In this document: piece by piece, positions 1 to 12,200 of the stretch
Layout: each line of letters starts with the position of its first letter
Numbering within the stretch: position 1 is the first letter of the stretch
Assembly: GCF_009914755.1 (NCBI RefSeq)
Contig: NC_060935.1
Reading direction: 5' to 3' (one strand)
DNA length: 64,000 bases
Source of the DNA: the human T2T-CHM13v2.0 reference genome, Homo sapiens
Notes under the pieces: model-generated
Databases searched by the model: none
Told to the model about the DNA's origin: nothing
What the model saw: only the letters and a program-made list of their open reading frames with translations
Program-made: the position numbers and the translations under genes

Positions 1-82
1 AGTTGAACCTTGCTTTCATAGTTCAGCTTTCAAACACTCTTTTTGTAGAATCTGCAAGTGGATATTTGGACCACTTTGTGGC

Positions 83-99
83 CTTCCTTCGAAACGGGT
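83..99 (+). promoter_or_regulatory. Degenerate CENP-B box (W2-type monomer), predicted non-binding, in every HOR read
   Basis: CTTCCTTCGAAACGGGT has TTCC in place of the core TTCG. Confidence 0.8.
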
Positions 100-253
100 A
101 TATCTTCACATCAAACCTAGACAGAAGCATTCTCAGAATGTTTCCTGTGATGACTGCATTCAACTCACAGAGGTGAACAATCCTGCTGATGGAGCAGTTT
201 TGAAACTCTCTTTCTTTGGATTCTGCAAGTGGATATGTGGACCTCTGGGAAGA

Positions 254-270
254 TTTCGTTGGAAACGGGT
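254..270 (+). promoter_or_regulatory. CENP-B box (W3-type monomer), repeated once per HOR
   Basis: TTTCGTTGGAAACGGGT has all 9 core bases of nTTCGnnnnAnnCGGGn. Confidence 0.93.
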
Positions 271-385
271 TCATCTTCACAGAAAAACTAAACAGGAGCA
301 TTCTCAGAAACTGCTTTGTGATGTTTGTGTTCCACTTAAAGAATTGAACTTTCCTCTTGACAGAGCAGCTCTGAAACCCTCTTTT

Positions 386-391
386 TCTAGA
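386..391. other. HOR-defining XbaI site (TCTAGA), one per unit in most units
   Basis: TCTAGA at 386-391 recurs with the 850-bp period. It is lost in some units (tctaaa near 3786, 19935, 22484, 25033, 28432; ccaga near 48830). A second site is gained in others (556, ~21805, ~24354, ~27753). Confidence 0.85.
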
Positions 392-424
392 ATCCGCAAG
401 TGGACATTTGGAGGGCTTTGAGGC

Positions 425-441
425 CTGTGGTGGAAAAGGAA
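425..441 (+). promoter_or_regulatory. A-type (pJalpha-like) box, W4-type monomer
   Basis: CTGTGGTGGAAAAGGAA sits at the box-homologous position and resembles the A-box consensus CTAYGGTGRAAAAGGAA. Confidence 0.75.
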
Positions 442-594
442 AATCTTCACATAAAAACTAGATGGAAGCATTCTCAGAAACTACTTTGTGATGATTGCAT
501 TCGACTCACAGAGTTGAACATTCCTATAGATAGAGCAGGTTGTAAACAATCTTTTTCTAGAATCTGCGATTGGAGATTTGGACTGCTTTGAGGC

Positions 595-611
595 CTACTG
601 TAGTAAAGGAA
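595..611 (+). promoter_or_regulatory. Diverged A-type box, W5-type monomer
   Basis: CTACTGTAGTAAAGGAA sits at the box-homologous position and lacks the CGGG core. Confidence 0.65.
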
Positions 612-765
612 ATAACTTCATCTAAAAACCAAACGGAAGCATTCACAGACAATTCTTAGTGATCATTGCATTGAACTAACAGAGCTGAACATTCCTTTAG
701 ATGGCGCAGTTTCCAAACACACTTTCTGTAGAATTTGCAAGTGGATATTTGGACCTCTCTGAGGA

Positions 766-782
766 TTTCGTTGGAAACGGGA
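766..782 (+). promoter_or_regulatory. CENP-B box (W1-type monomer), repeated once per HOR
   Basis: TTTCGTTGGAAACGGGA is the canonical 17-mer. Confidence 0.95.
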
Positions 783-3700
783 TAAACTTCCCAGAACTAC
801 ACGGAAGCATTGTGAGAAACTTCTTTGTGATGTTTGCATTCAACTCACAGAGTTGAACCTTGCTTTCATAGTTCAGCTTTCAAACACTCTTTTTGTAGAA
901 TCTGCAAGTGGATATTTGGACCACTTTGTGGCCTTCCTTCGAAACGGGTATATCTTCACATCAAACCTAGACAGAAGCATTCTCAGAATGTTTCCTGTGA
1001 AGACTGCATTCAACTCACAGAGATGAACAATCCTGTTGATGGAGCACTTTGGAAACTCTCTTTCTTGGGATTCTGCAAGTTGATATGTGGACCTCTGTGA
1101 AGATTTCGTTGGAAACGGGTTCATCTTCACAGAAAAACTAAACAGAAGCATTCTCAGAAACTACTTTGTGATGTTTGTGTTCCACTTCAAGAATTGAACT
1201 TTCCTCTTGACAGAGCAGCTCTGAAAACCTCTTTTTCTAGAATTTGCAAGTGGACATTTGGAGGGCTTTGAGGCCTGTGGTGGAAAAGGAAAATCTTCAC
1301 ATAAAAACTAGATGGAAGCATTCTCAGAAACTACTTTGTGATGATTGCATTCGACTCACAGAGTTGAACATTCCTATAGATAGAGCAGGTTGTAAACAAT
1401 CTTTTTGTAGAATCTGCGATTGGAGATTTGGACTGCTTTGAGGCCTACTGTAGTAAAGGAAATTACTTCATCTAAAAACCAAACGGAAGCATTCACAGAC
1501 AATTCTTAGTGATCATTGCATTGAACTAACAGAGCTGAACATTCCTTTAGATGGAGCAGTTTCCAAACCAACTTTCTGTAGAATCTGCAAGTGGATTTTT
1601 GGACTTCTCTGAGGATTTCGTTGGAAACGGGATAAACTTCCCAGAACTACACGGAAGCATTGTGAGAAACTTCTTTGTGATGTTTGCATTCAACTCACAG
1701 AGTTGAACCTTGTTTTCATAGTTCAGCTTTCAAACACTCTTTTTGTAGAATCTGCAATTGGATATTTTGACCACTTTGTGGCCTTCCTTCGAAACGGGTA
1801 TATCTTCACATCAAACCTAGACAGAAGCATTCTCAGAATGTTTCCTGTGATGACTGCATTCAACTCACAGAGGTGAACAATCCTGCTGATGGAGCAGTTT
1901 TGAAACTCTCTTTCTTTGGATTCTGCAAGTGGATATGTGGACCTCTGTGAAGATTTCGTTGGAAACGGGTTCATCTTCACAGAAAAACTAAACAGAAGCA
2001 TTCTCAGAAACTGCTTTGTGATGTTTGTGTTCCACTTCAGGAATTGAACTTTCCTCTTGACAGAGCAGCTCTGAAACCCTCTTATTCTAGAATCTGCAAG
2101 TGGACATTTGGAGGGCTTTGAGGCCTGTGGTGGAAAAGGAAAATCTTCACATAAAAACTAGATGGAAGCATTCTCAGAAACTACTTTGTGATAATTGCAT
2201 TCGACTCACAGAGTTGAACATTCCTATAGATAGAGCAGGTTGTAAACAATCTTTTTGTAGAATCTGCGATTGGAGATTTGGACTGCTTTGAGGCCTACTG
2301 TAGTAAAGGAAATAACTTCATCTAAAAACCAAACGGAAGCATTCACAGACAATTCTTAGTGATCATTGCATTGAACTAACACAGCTGAACATTCCTTTAG
2401 ATGGAGCAGTTTCCAAACACACTTTCTGTAGAACCTGCAAGTGGATATTTGGACCTCTCTGAGGATTTCGTTGGAAACGGGATAAACTTCCCAGAACTAC
2501 ACGGAAGCATTGTGAGAAACTTCTTTGTGATGTTTGCATTCAACTCACAGAGTTGAACCTTGCTTTCATAGTTCAGCTTTCAAACACTCTTTTTGTAGAA
2601 TCTGCAAGTGGATATTTGGACCACTTTGTGGCCTTCCTTCGAAACGGGTATATCTTCACATCAAACCTAGACAGAAGCATTCTCAGAATGTTTCCTGTGA
2701 TGACTGCATTCAACTCACAGAGGTGAACAATCCTGCTGATGGAGCAGTTTTGAAACTCTCTTTCTTTGGATTCTGCAAGTGGATATGTGGACCTCTGTGA
2801 AGATTTCGTTGGAAATGGGTTCATCATCACAGAAAAACTAAACAGAAACATTCTCACAAACTGCTTTGTGATGTTTGTGTTCCACTTCAGGAATTGAACT
2901 TTCCTCTTGACAGAGCAGCTCTGAAACCCTCTTATTCTAGAATCTGCAAGTGGACATTTGGAGGGCTTTGAGGCCTGTGGTGGAAAAGGAAAATCTTCAC
3001 ATAAAAACTAGATGGAAGCATTCTCAGAAACTACTTTGTGATGACTGCATTCGACTCACAGAGTTGAACATTCCTATAGATAGAGCAGGTTGTAAACAAT
3101 CTTTTTGTAGAATCTGCGATTGGAGATTTGGACTGCTTTGAGGCCTACTGTAGTAAAGGAAATAACTTCATCTAAAAACCAAACGGAAGCATTCACAGAC
3201 AATTCTTAGTGATCATTGGATTGAACTAACAGAGCTGAACATTCCTTTAGATGACGCAGTTTCCAAACACACTTTCTGTAGAATCTGCAAGTGGATATTT
3301 GGACTTCTCTGAGGATTTCGTTGGAAACGGGATAAACTTTCCAGAACTACACGGAAGCATTGTGAGAAACATCTTTGTGATGTTTGCATTCAACTCACAG
3401 AGTTGAACCTTGCTTTCATAGTTCAGCTTTCAAACACTCTTTTTGTAGAATCTGCAAGTGGATATTTGGACCACTTTGTGGCCTTCCTTCGAAACGGGTA
3501 TATCTTCACATCAAACCTAGACAGAAGCATTCTCAGAATGTTTCCTGTGATGACTGCATTCAACTCACAGAGGTGAACAATCCTGCTGATGGAGCAGTTT
3601 TGAAACTCTCTTTCTTTGGATTCTGCAAGTGGATATGTGGACCTCTGTGAAGATTTCGTTGGAAACGGGTTCATCTTCACAGAAAAACTAAACAGGAGCA

Positions 3701-6700
3701 TTCTCAGAAACTGCTTTGTGATGTTTGTGTTCCACTTCAAGAACTGAACTTTCCTCTTGACAGAGCAGCTCTGAAACCCTATTTTTCTAAAATCTGCAAG
3801 TGGACATTTGGAGGGATTTCAGGGCTGTGGTGGAAAAGGAAAATCTTCACATAAAAACTAGATGGAAGCATTCTCAGAAACTACTTTGTGATGATTGCAT
3901 TCGACTCACAGAGTTGAACATTCCTATAGATAGAGCAGGTTGTAAACAATCTTTTTGTAGAGTCTGCGATTGGAGATTTGGACTGCTTTGAGGCCTACTG
4001 TAGTAAAGGAAATAACTTCATCTAAAAACCAAACGGAAGCATTCACAGACAATTCTTAGTGATCATTGCATTGAACTAACAGAGCTGAACATTCCTTTAG
4101 ATGGAGCAGTTTCCAAACACACTTTCTGTAGAACCTGCAAGTGGATATTTGGACCTCTCTGAGGATTTCGTTGGAAACGGGATAAACTTCCCAGAACTAC
4201 ACGGAAGCATTGTGAGAAACTTCTTTGTGATGTTTGCATTCAACTCACAGAGTTGAACCTTGCTTTCATAGTGCAGCTTTCAAACACTCTTTTTGTAGAA
4301 TCTGCAAGTGGATATTTGGACCACTTTGTGGCCTTCCTTCGAAACGGGTATATCTTCACATCAAACCTAGACAGAAGCATTCTCAGAATGTTTCCTGTGA
4401 TGACTGCATTCAACTCACAGAGGTGAACAATCCTGCTGATGGAGCAGTTTTGAAACTCTCTTTCTTTGGATTCTGCAAGTGGATATGTGGACCTCTGTGA
4501 AGATTTCGTTGGAAACGGGTTCATCTTCACAGAAAAACTAAACAGAAGCATTCTCAGAAACTGCTTTGTGATGTTTGTGTTCCACTTCAGGAATTGAACT
4601 TTCCTCTTGACAGAGCAGCTCTGAAACCCTCTTATTCTAGAATCTGCAAGTGGACATTTGGAGGGCTTTGAGGCCTGTGGTGGAAAAGGAAAATCTTCAC
4701 ATAAAAACTAGATGGAAGCATTCTCAGAAACTACTTTGTGATGATTGCATTCGACTCACAGAGTTGAACATTCCTATAGATAGAGCAGGTTGTAAACAAT
4801 CTTTTTGTAGAATCTGCGATTGGAGATTTGGACTGCTTTGAGGCCTACTGTAGTAAAGGAAATAACTTCATCTAAAAACCAAACGGAAGCATTCACAGAC
4901 AATTCTTAGTGATCATTGCATTGAACTAACAGAGCTGAACATTCCTTTAGATGGAGCAGTTTCCAAACACACTTTCTGTAGAACCTGCAAGTGGTTATTT
5001 GGACCTCTCTGAGGATTTCGTTGGAAACGGGATAAACTTCCCAGAACTACACGGAAGCATTGTGAGAAACTTCTTTGTGATGTTTGCATTCAACTCACAG
5101 AGTTGAACCTTGCTTTCATAGTTCAGCTTTCAAACACTCTTTTTGTAGAATCTGCAAGTGGATATTTGGACCACTTTGTGGCCTTCCTTCGAAACGGGTA
5201 TATCTTCACATCAAACCTAGACAGAAGCATTCTCAGAATGTTTCCTGTGATGACTGCATTCAACTCACAGAGGTGAACAATCCTGCTGATGGAGCAGTTT
5301 TGAAACTCTCTTTCTTTGGATTCTGCAAGTGGATATGTGGACCTCTGTGAAGATTTCGTTGGAAACGGGTTCATCTTCACAGAAAAACTAAACAGAAGCA
5401 TTCTCAGAAACTGCTTTGTGATGTTTGTGTTCCACTTCAGGAATTGAACTTTCCTCTTGACAGAGCAGCTCTGAAACCCTCTTATTCTAGAATCTGCAAG
5501 TGGACATTTGGAGGGCTTTGAGGCCTGTGGTGGAAAAGGAAAATCTTCACATAAAAACTAGATGGAAGCATTCTCAGAAACTACTTTGTGATAATTGCAT
5601 TCGACTCACAGAGTTGAACATTCCTATAGATAGAGCAGGTTGTAAACAATCTTTTTGTAGAATCTGCGATTGGAGATTCGGACTGCTTTGAGGCCTACTG
5701 TAGTAAAGGAAATAACTTCATCTAAAAACCAAACGGAAGCATTCACAGACAATTCTTAGTGATCATTGCATTGAACTAACAGAGCTGAACATTCCTTTAG
5801 ATGGAGCAGTTTCCAAACACACTTTCTGTAGAACCTGCAAGTGGATATTTGGACCTCTCTGAGGATTTCGTTGGAAACGGGATAAACTTCCCAGAACTAC
5901 ACGGAAGCATGCTGAGAAACTTCTTTGTGATGTTTGCATTCAACTCACAGAGTTGAACCTTGCTTTCATAGTTCAGCTTTCAAACACTCTTTTTGTAGAA
6001 TCTGCAAGTGGATATTTGGACCACTTTGTGGCCTTCCTTCGAAACGGGTATATCTTCACATCAAACCTAGACAGAAGCATTCTCAGAATGTTTCCTGTGA
6101 TGACTGCATTCAACTCACAGAGGTGAACAATCCTGCTGATGGAGCAGTTTTGAAACTCTCTTTCTTTGGATTCTGCAAGTGGATATGTGGACCTCTGTGA
6201 AGATTTCGTTGGAAACGGGTTCATCTTCACAGAAAAACTAAACAGAAGCATTCTCAGAAACTGCTTTGTGATGTTTGTGTTCCACTTCAGGAATTGAACT
6301 TTCCTCTTGACAGAGCAGCTCTGAAACCCTCTTATTCTAGAATCTGCAAGTGGACATTTGGAGGGCTTTGAGGCCTGTGGTGGAAAAGGAAAATCTTCAC
6401 ATAAAAACTAGATGGAAGCATTCTCAGAAACTACTTTGTGATGATTGCATTCGACTCACAGAGTTGAACATTCCTATAGATAGAGCAGGTTGTAAACAAT
6501 CTTTTTGTAGAATCTGCGATTGGAGATTTGGACTGCTTTGAGGCCTACTGTAGTAAAGGAAATAACTTCATCTAAAAACCAAACGGAAGCATTCACAGAC
6601 AATTCTTAGTGATCATTGCATTGAACTAGCAGAGCTGAACATTCCTTTAGATGGAGCAGTTTCCAAACACACTTTCTGTAGAACCTGCAAGTGGATATTT

Positions 6701-9299
6701 GGACCTCTCTGAGGATTTCGTTGGAAAAGGGATAAACTTCCCAGAACTACACGGAAGCATTGTGAGAAACTTCTTTGTGATGTTTGCATTCAACTCACAG
6801 AGTTGAACCTTGCTTTCATAGTTTAGCTTTCAAACACTCTTTTTGTAGAATCTGCAAGTGGATATTTGGACCACTTTGTGGCCTTCCTTCGAAACGGGTA
6901 TATCTTCACATCAATCCTAGACAGAAGCATTCTCAGAATGTTTCCTGTGATGACTGCATTCAACTCACAGAGGTGAACAATCCTGCTGATGGAGCAGTTT
7001 TGAAACTCTCTTTCTTTGGATTCTGCAAGTGGATATGTGGACCTCTGTGAAGATTTCGTTGGAAACGGGTTCATCTTCACAGAAAAACTAAACAGAAGCA
7101 TTCTCAGAAACTGCTTTGTGATGTTTGTGTTCCACTTCAGGAATTGAACTTTCCTCTTGACAGAGCAGCTCTGAAACCCTCTTATTCTAGAATCTGCAAG
7201 TGGACATTTGGAGGGCTTTGAGGCCTGTGGTGGAAAAGGAAAATCTTCACATAAAAACTAGATGGAATCATTCTCAGAAACTACTTTGTGATGATTGCAT
7301 TCGACTCACAGAGTTGAACATTCCTATAGATAGAGCAGGTTGTAAACAATCTTTTTGTAGAATCTGCGATTGGAGATTTGGACTGCTGTGAGGCCTACTG
7401 TAGTAAAGGAAATAACTTCATCTAAAAACCAAACGGAAGCATTCACAGACAATTCTTAGTGATCATTGCATTGAACTAACAGAGCTGAACATTCCTTTAG
7501 ATGGAGCAGTTTCCAAACACACTTTCTGTACAACCTGCAAGTGGTTATTTGGACCTCTCTGAGGATTTCGTTGGAAACGGGATAAACTTCCCAGAACTAC
7601 ACGGAAGCATTGTGAGAAACTTCTTTGTGATGTTTGCATTCAACTCACAGAGTTGAACCTTGCTTTCATAGTTCAGCTTTCAAACACTCTTTTTGTAGAA
7701 TCTGCAAGTGGATATTTGGACCACTTTGTGGCCTTCCTTCGAAACGGGTATATCTTCACATCAAACCTAGACAGAAGCATTCTCAGAATGTTTCCTGTGA
7801 TGACTGCATTCAACTCACAGAGGTGAACAATCCTGCTGATGGAGCAGTTTTGAAACTCTCTTTCTTTGGATTCTGCAAGTGGATATGTGGACCTCTGTGA
7901 AGATTTCGTTGGAAACGGGTTCATCTTCACAGAAAAACTAAACAGAAGCATTCTCAGAAACTGCTTTGTGATGTTTGTGTTCCACTTCAGGAATTGAACT
8001 TTCCTCTTGACAGAGCAGCTCTGAAACCCTCTTATTCTAGAATCTGCAAGTGGACATTTGGAGGGCTTTGAGGCCTGTGGTGGAAAAGGAAAATCTTCAC
8101 ATAAAAACTAGATGGAAGCATTCTCAGAAACTACTTTGTGATAATTGCATTCGACTCACAGAGTTGAACATTCCTATAGATAGAGCAGGTTGTAAACAAT
8201 CTTTTTGTAGAATCTGCGATTGGAGATTCGGACTGCTTTGAGGCCTACTGTAGTAAAGGAAATAACTTCATCTAAAAACCAAACGGAAGCATTCACAGAC
8301 AATTCTTAGTGATCATTGCATTGAACTAACAGAGCTGAACATTCCTTTAGATGGAGCAGTTTCCAAACACACTTTCTGTAGAACCTGCAAGTGGATATTT
8401 GGACCTCTCTGAGGATTTCGTTGGAAACGGGATAAACTTCCCAGAACTACACGGAAGCATGCTGAGAAACTTCTTTGTGATGTTTGCATTCAACTCACAG
8501 AGTTGAACCTTGCTTTCATAGTTCAGCTTTCAAACACTCTTTTTGTAGAATCTGCAAGTGGATATTTGGACCACTTTGTGGCCTTCCTTCGAAACGGGTA
8601 TATCTTCACATCAAACCTAGACAGAAGCATTCTCAGAATGTTTCCTGTGATGACTGCATTCAACTCACAGAGGTGAACAATCCTGCTGATGGAGCAGTTT
8701 TGAAACTCTCTTTCTTTGGATTCTGCAAGTGGATATGTGGACCTCTGTGAAGATTTCGTTGGAAACGGGTTCATCTTCACAGAAAAACTAAACAGAAGCA
8801 TTCTCAGAAACTGCTTTGTGATGTTTGTGTTCCACTTCAGGAATTGAACTTTCCTCTTGACAGAGCAGCTCTGAAACCCTCTTATTCTAGAATCTGCAAG
8901 TGGACATTTGGAGGGCTTTGAGGCCTGTGTTGGAAAAGGAAAATCTTCACATAAAAACTAGATGGAAGCATTCTCAGAAACTCCTTTGTGATGATTGCAT
9001 TCGACTCACAGAGTTGAACATTCCTATAGATAGAGCAGGTTGTAAACAATCTTTTTGTAGAATCTGTGATTGGAGATTTGGACTGCTTTGAGGCCTACTG
9101 TAGTAAAGGAAATAACTTCATCTAAAAACCAAACGGAAGCATTCACAGACAATTCTTAGTGATCATTGCATTGAACTAACAGAGCTGAACATTCCTTTAG
9201 ATGGAGCAGTTTCCAAACACACTTTCTGTAGAACCTGCAAGTGGTTATTTGGACCTCTCTGAGGATTTCGTTGGAAACGGGATAAACTTCCCAGAACTA

Positions 9300-12200
9300 C
9301 ACGGAAGCATTGTGAGAAACTTCTTTGTGATGTTTGCATTCAACTCACAGAGTTGAACCTTGCTTTCATAGTTCAGCTTTCAAACACTCTTTTTGTAGAA
9401 TCTGCAAGTGGATATTTGGACCACTTTGTGGCCTTCCTTCGAAACGGGTATATCTTCACATCAAACCTAGACAGAAGCATTCTCAGAATGTTTCCTGTGA
9501 TGACTGCATTCAACTCACAGAGGTGAACAATCCTGCTGATGGAGCAGTTTTGAAACTCTCTTTCTTTGGATTCTGCAAGTGGATATGTGGACCTCTGTGA
9601 AGATTTCGTTGGAAACGGGTTCATCTTCACAGAAAAACTAAACAGAAGCATTCTCAGAAACTGCTTTGTGATGTTTGTGTTCCACTTCAGGAATTGAACT
9701 TTCCTCTTGACAGAGCAGCTCTGAAACCCTCTTATTCTAGAATCTGCAAGTGGACATTTGGAGGGCTTTGAGGCCTGTGGTGGAAAAGGAAAATCTTCAC
9801 ATAAAAACTAGATGGAAGCATTCTCAGAAACTACTTTGTGATGATTGCATTCGACTCACAGAGTTGAACATTCCTATAGATAGAGCAGGTTGTAAACAAT
9901 CTTTTTGTAGAATCTGCGATTGGAGATTTGGACTGCTTTGAGGCCTACTGTAGTAAAGGAAATAACTTCATCTAAAAACCAAACGGAAGCATTCACAGAC
10001 AATTCTTAGTGATCATTGCATTGAACTAACAGAGCTGAACATTCCTTTAGATGGAGCAGTTTCCAAACACACTTTCTGTAGAACCTGCAAGTGGATATTT
10101 GGACCTCTCTGAGGATTTCGTTGGAAAAGGGATAAACTTCCCAGAACTACACGGAAGCATTGTGAGAAACTTCTTTGTGATGTTTGCATTCAACTCACAG
10201 AGTTGAACCTTGCTTTCATAGTTCAGCTTTCAAACACTCTTTTTGTAGAATCTGCAAGTGGATATTTGGACCACTTTGTGGCCTTCCTTCGAAACGGGTA
10301 TATCTTCACATCAAACCTAGACAGAAGCATTCTCAGAATGTTTCCTGTGATGACTGCATTCAACTCACAGAGGTGAACAATCCTGCTGATGGAGCAGTTT
10401 TGAAACTCTCTTTCTTTGGATTCTGCAAGTGGATATGTGGACCCCTGTGAAGATTTCGTTGGTAACGGGTTCATCTTCACAGAAAAACTAAACAGGAGCA
10501 TTCTCAGAAACTGCTTTGTGATGTTTGTGTTCCACTTAAAGAATTCAACTTTCCTCTTGACAGAGCAGCTCTGAAACCCTCTTTTTCTAGAATCTGCAAG
10601 TGGACATTTGGAGGGCTTTGAGGCCTGTGGTGGAAAAGGAAAATCTTCACATAAAAACTTTATGGAAGCATTCTCAGAAACTTCTTTGTGATGATTGCAT
10701 TCGACTCACAGAGTTGAACATTCCTATAGATAGAGCAGGTTATAAACAATCTTTTTGTAGAATCTGCGATTGGAGATTTGGACTGCTTTGAGGCCTACTG
10801 TAGTAAAGGAAATTACTTCATCTAAAAACCAAACGGAAGCATTCACAGACAATTCTTAGTGATCATTGCATTGAACTAACAGAGCTGAACATTCCTTTAG
10901 ATGGAGCAGTTTCCAAACCAACTTTCTGTAGAATCTGCAAGTGGATTTTTGGACTTCTCTGAGGATTTCGTTGGAAACGGGATAAACTTCCCAGAACTAC
11001 ACGGAAGCATTGTGAGAAACTTCTTTGTGATGTTTGCATTCAACTCACAGAGTTGAACCTTGTTTTCATAGTTCAGCTTTCAAACACTCTTTTTGTAGAA
11101 TCTGCAAGTGGATATTTGGACCACTTTGTGGCCTTCCTTCGAAACGGGTATATCTTCACATCAAACCTAGACAGAAGCATTCTCAGAATGTTTCCTGTGA
11201 TGACTGCATTCAACTCACAGAGGTGAACAATCCTGCTGATGGAGCAGTTTTGAAACTCTCTTTCTTTGGATTCTGCAAGTGGATATGTGGACCTCTGTGA
11301 AGATTTCGTTGGAAACGGGTTCATCTTCACAGAAAAACTAAACAGAAGCATTCTCAGAAACTGCTTTGTGATGTTTGTGTTCCACTTCAGGAATTGAACT
11401 TTCCTCTTGACAGAGCAGCTCTGAAACCCTCTTATTCTAGAATCTGCAAGTGGACATTTGGAGGGCTTTGAGGCCTGTGGTGGAAAAGGAAAATCTTCAC
11501 ATAAAAACTAGATGGAAGCATTCTCAGAAACTACTTTGTGATAATTGCATTCGACTCACAGAGTTGAACATTCCTATAGATAGAGCAGGTTGTAAACAAT
11601 CTTTTTGTAGAATCTGCGATTGGAGATTTGGACTGCTTTGAGGCCTACTGTAGTAAAGGAAATAACTTCATCTAAAAACCAAACGGAAGCATTCACAGAC
11701 AATTCTTAGTGATCATTGCATTGAACTAACACAGCTGAACATTCCTTTAGATGGAGCAGTTTCCAAACACACTTTCTGTAGAACCTGCAAGTGGATATTT
11801 GGACCTCTCTGAGGATTTCGTTGGAAACGGGATAAACTTCCCAGAACTACACGGAAGCATGCTGAGAAACTTCTTTGTGATGTTTGCATTCAACTCACAG
11901 AGTTGAACCTTGCTTTCATAGTTCAGCTTTCAAACACTCTTTTTGTAGAATCTGCAAGTGGATATTTGGACCACTTTGTGGCCTTCCTTCGAAACGGGTA
12001 TATCTTCACATCAAACCTAGACAGAAGCATTCTCAGAATGTTTCCTGTGATGACTGCATTCAACTCACAGAGGTGAACAATCCTGCTGATGGAGCAGTTT
12101 TGAAACTCTCTTTCTTTGGATTCTGCAAGTGGATATGTGGACCTCTGTGAAGATTTCGTTGGAAACGGGTTCATCTTCACAGAAAAACTAAACAGAAGCA

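Larger units (their letters stand above)
1..850 (+). repeat. Representative HOR unit of five diverged monomers
   Basis: Equivalent box positions are at 83, 254, 425, 595, 766 and 933, giving spacings of 171, 171, 170, 171 and 167 bp (sum 850). The order B(766), B-like(933), B(1104), A, A with one 167-bp monomer matches the SF3 W1-W5 pentamer. Confidence 0.93.

Noticed and set aside
88-93. Palindrome TTCGAA and other short dyads as possible cruciform or hairpin elements
   Set aside because: They are too short to be distinguished from chance, and I saw no extended inverted repeat by eye.
525-535. TATA-like sequence tatagataga as a promoter or microsatellite
   Set aside because: It is an ordinary part of the monomer, too short to call, and has no supporting context.
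1-850. Assignment to other SF3 arrays (DXZ1 12-mer, D17Z1 16-mer, chr1 11-mer)
   Set aside because: The repeat unit is a plain 5-mer of 850 bp with an XbaI site. A non-human ape origin cannot be strictly excluded without alignment.
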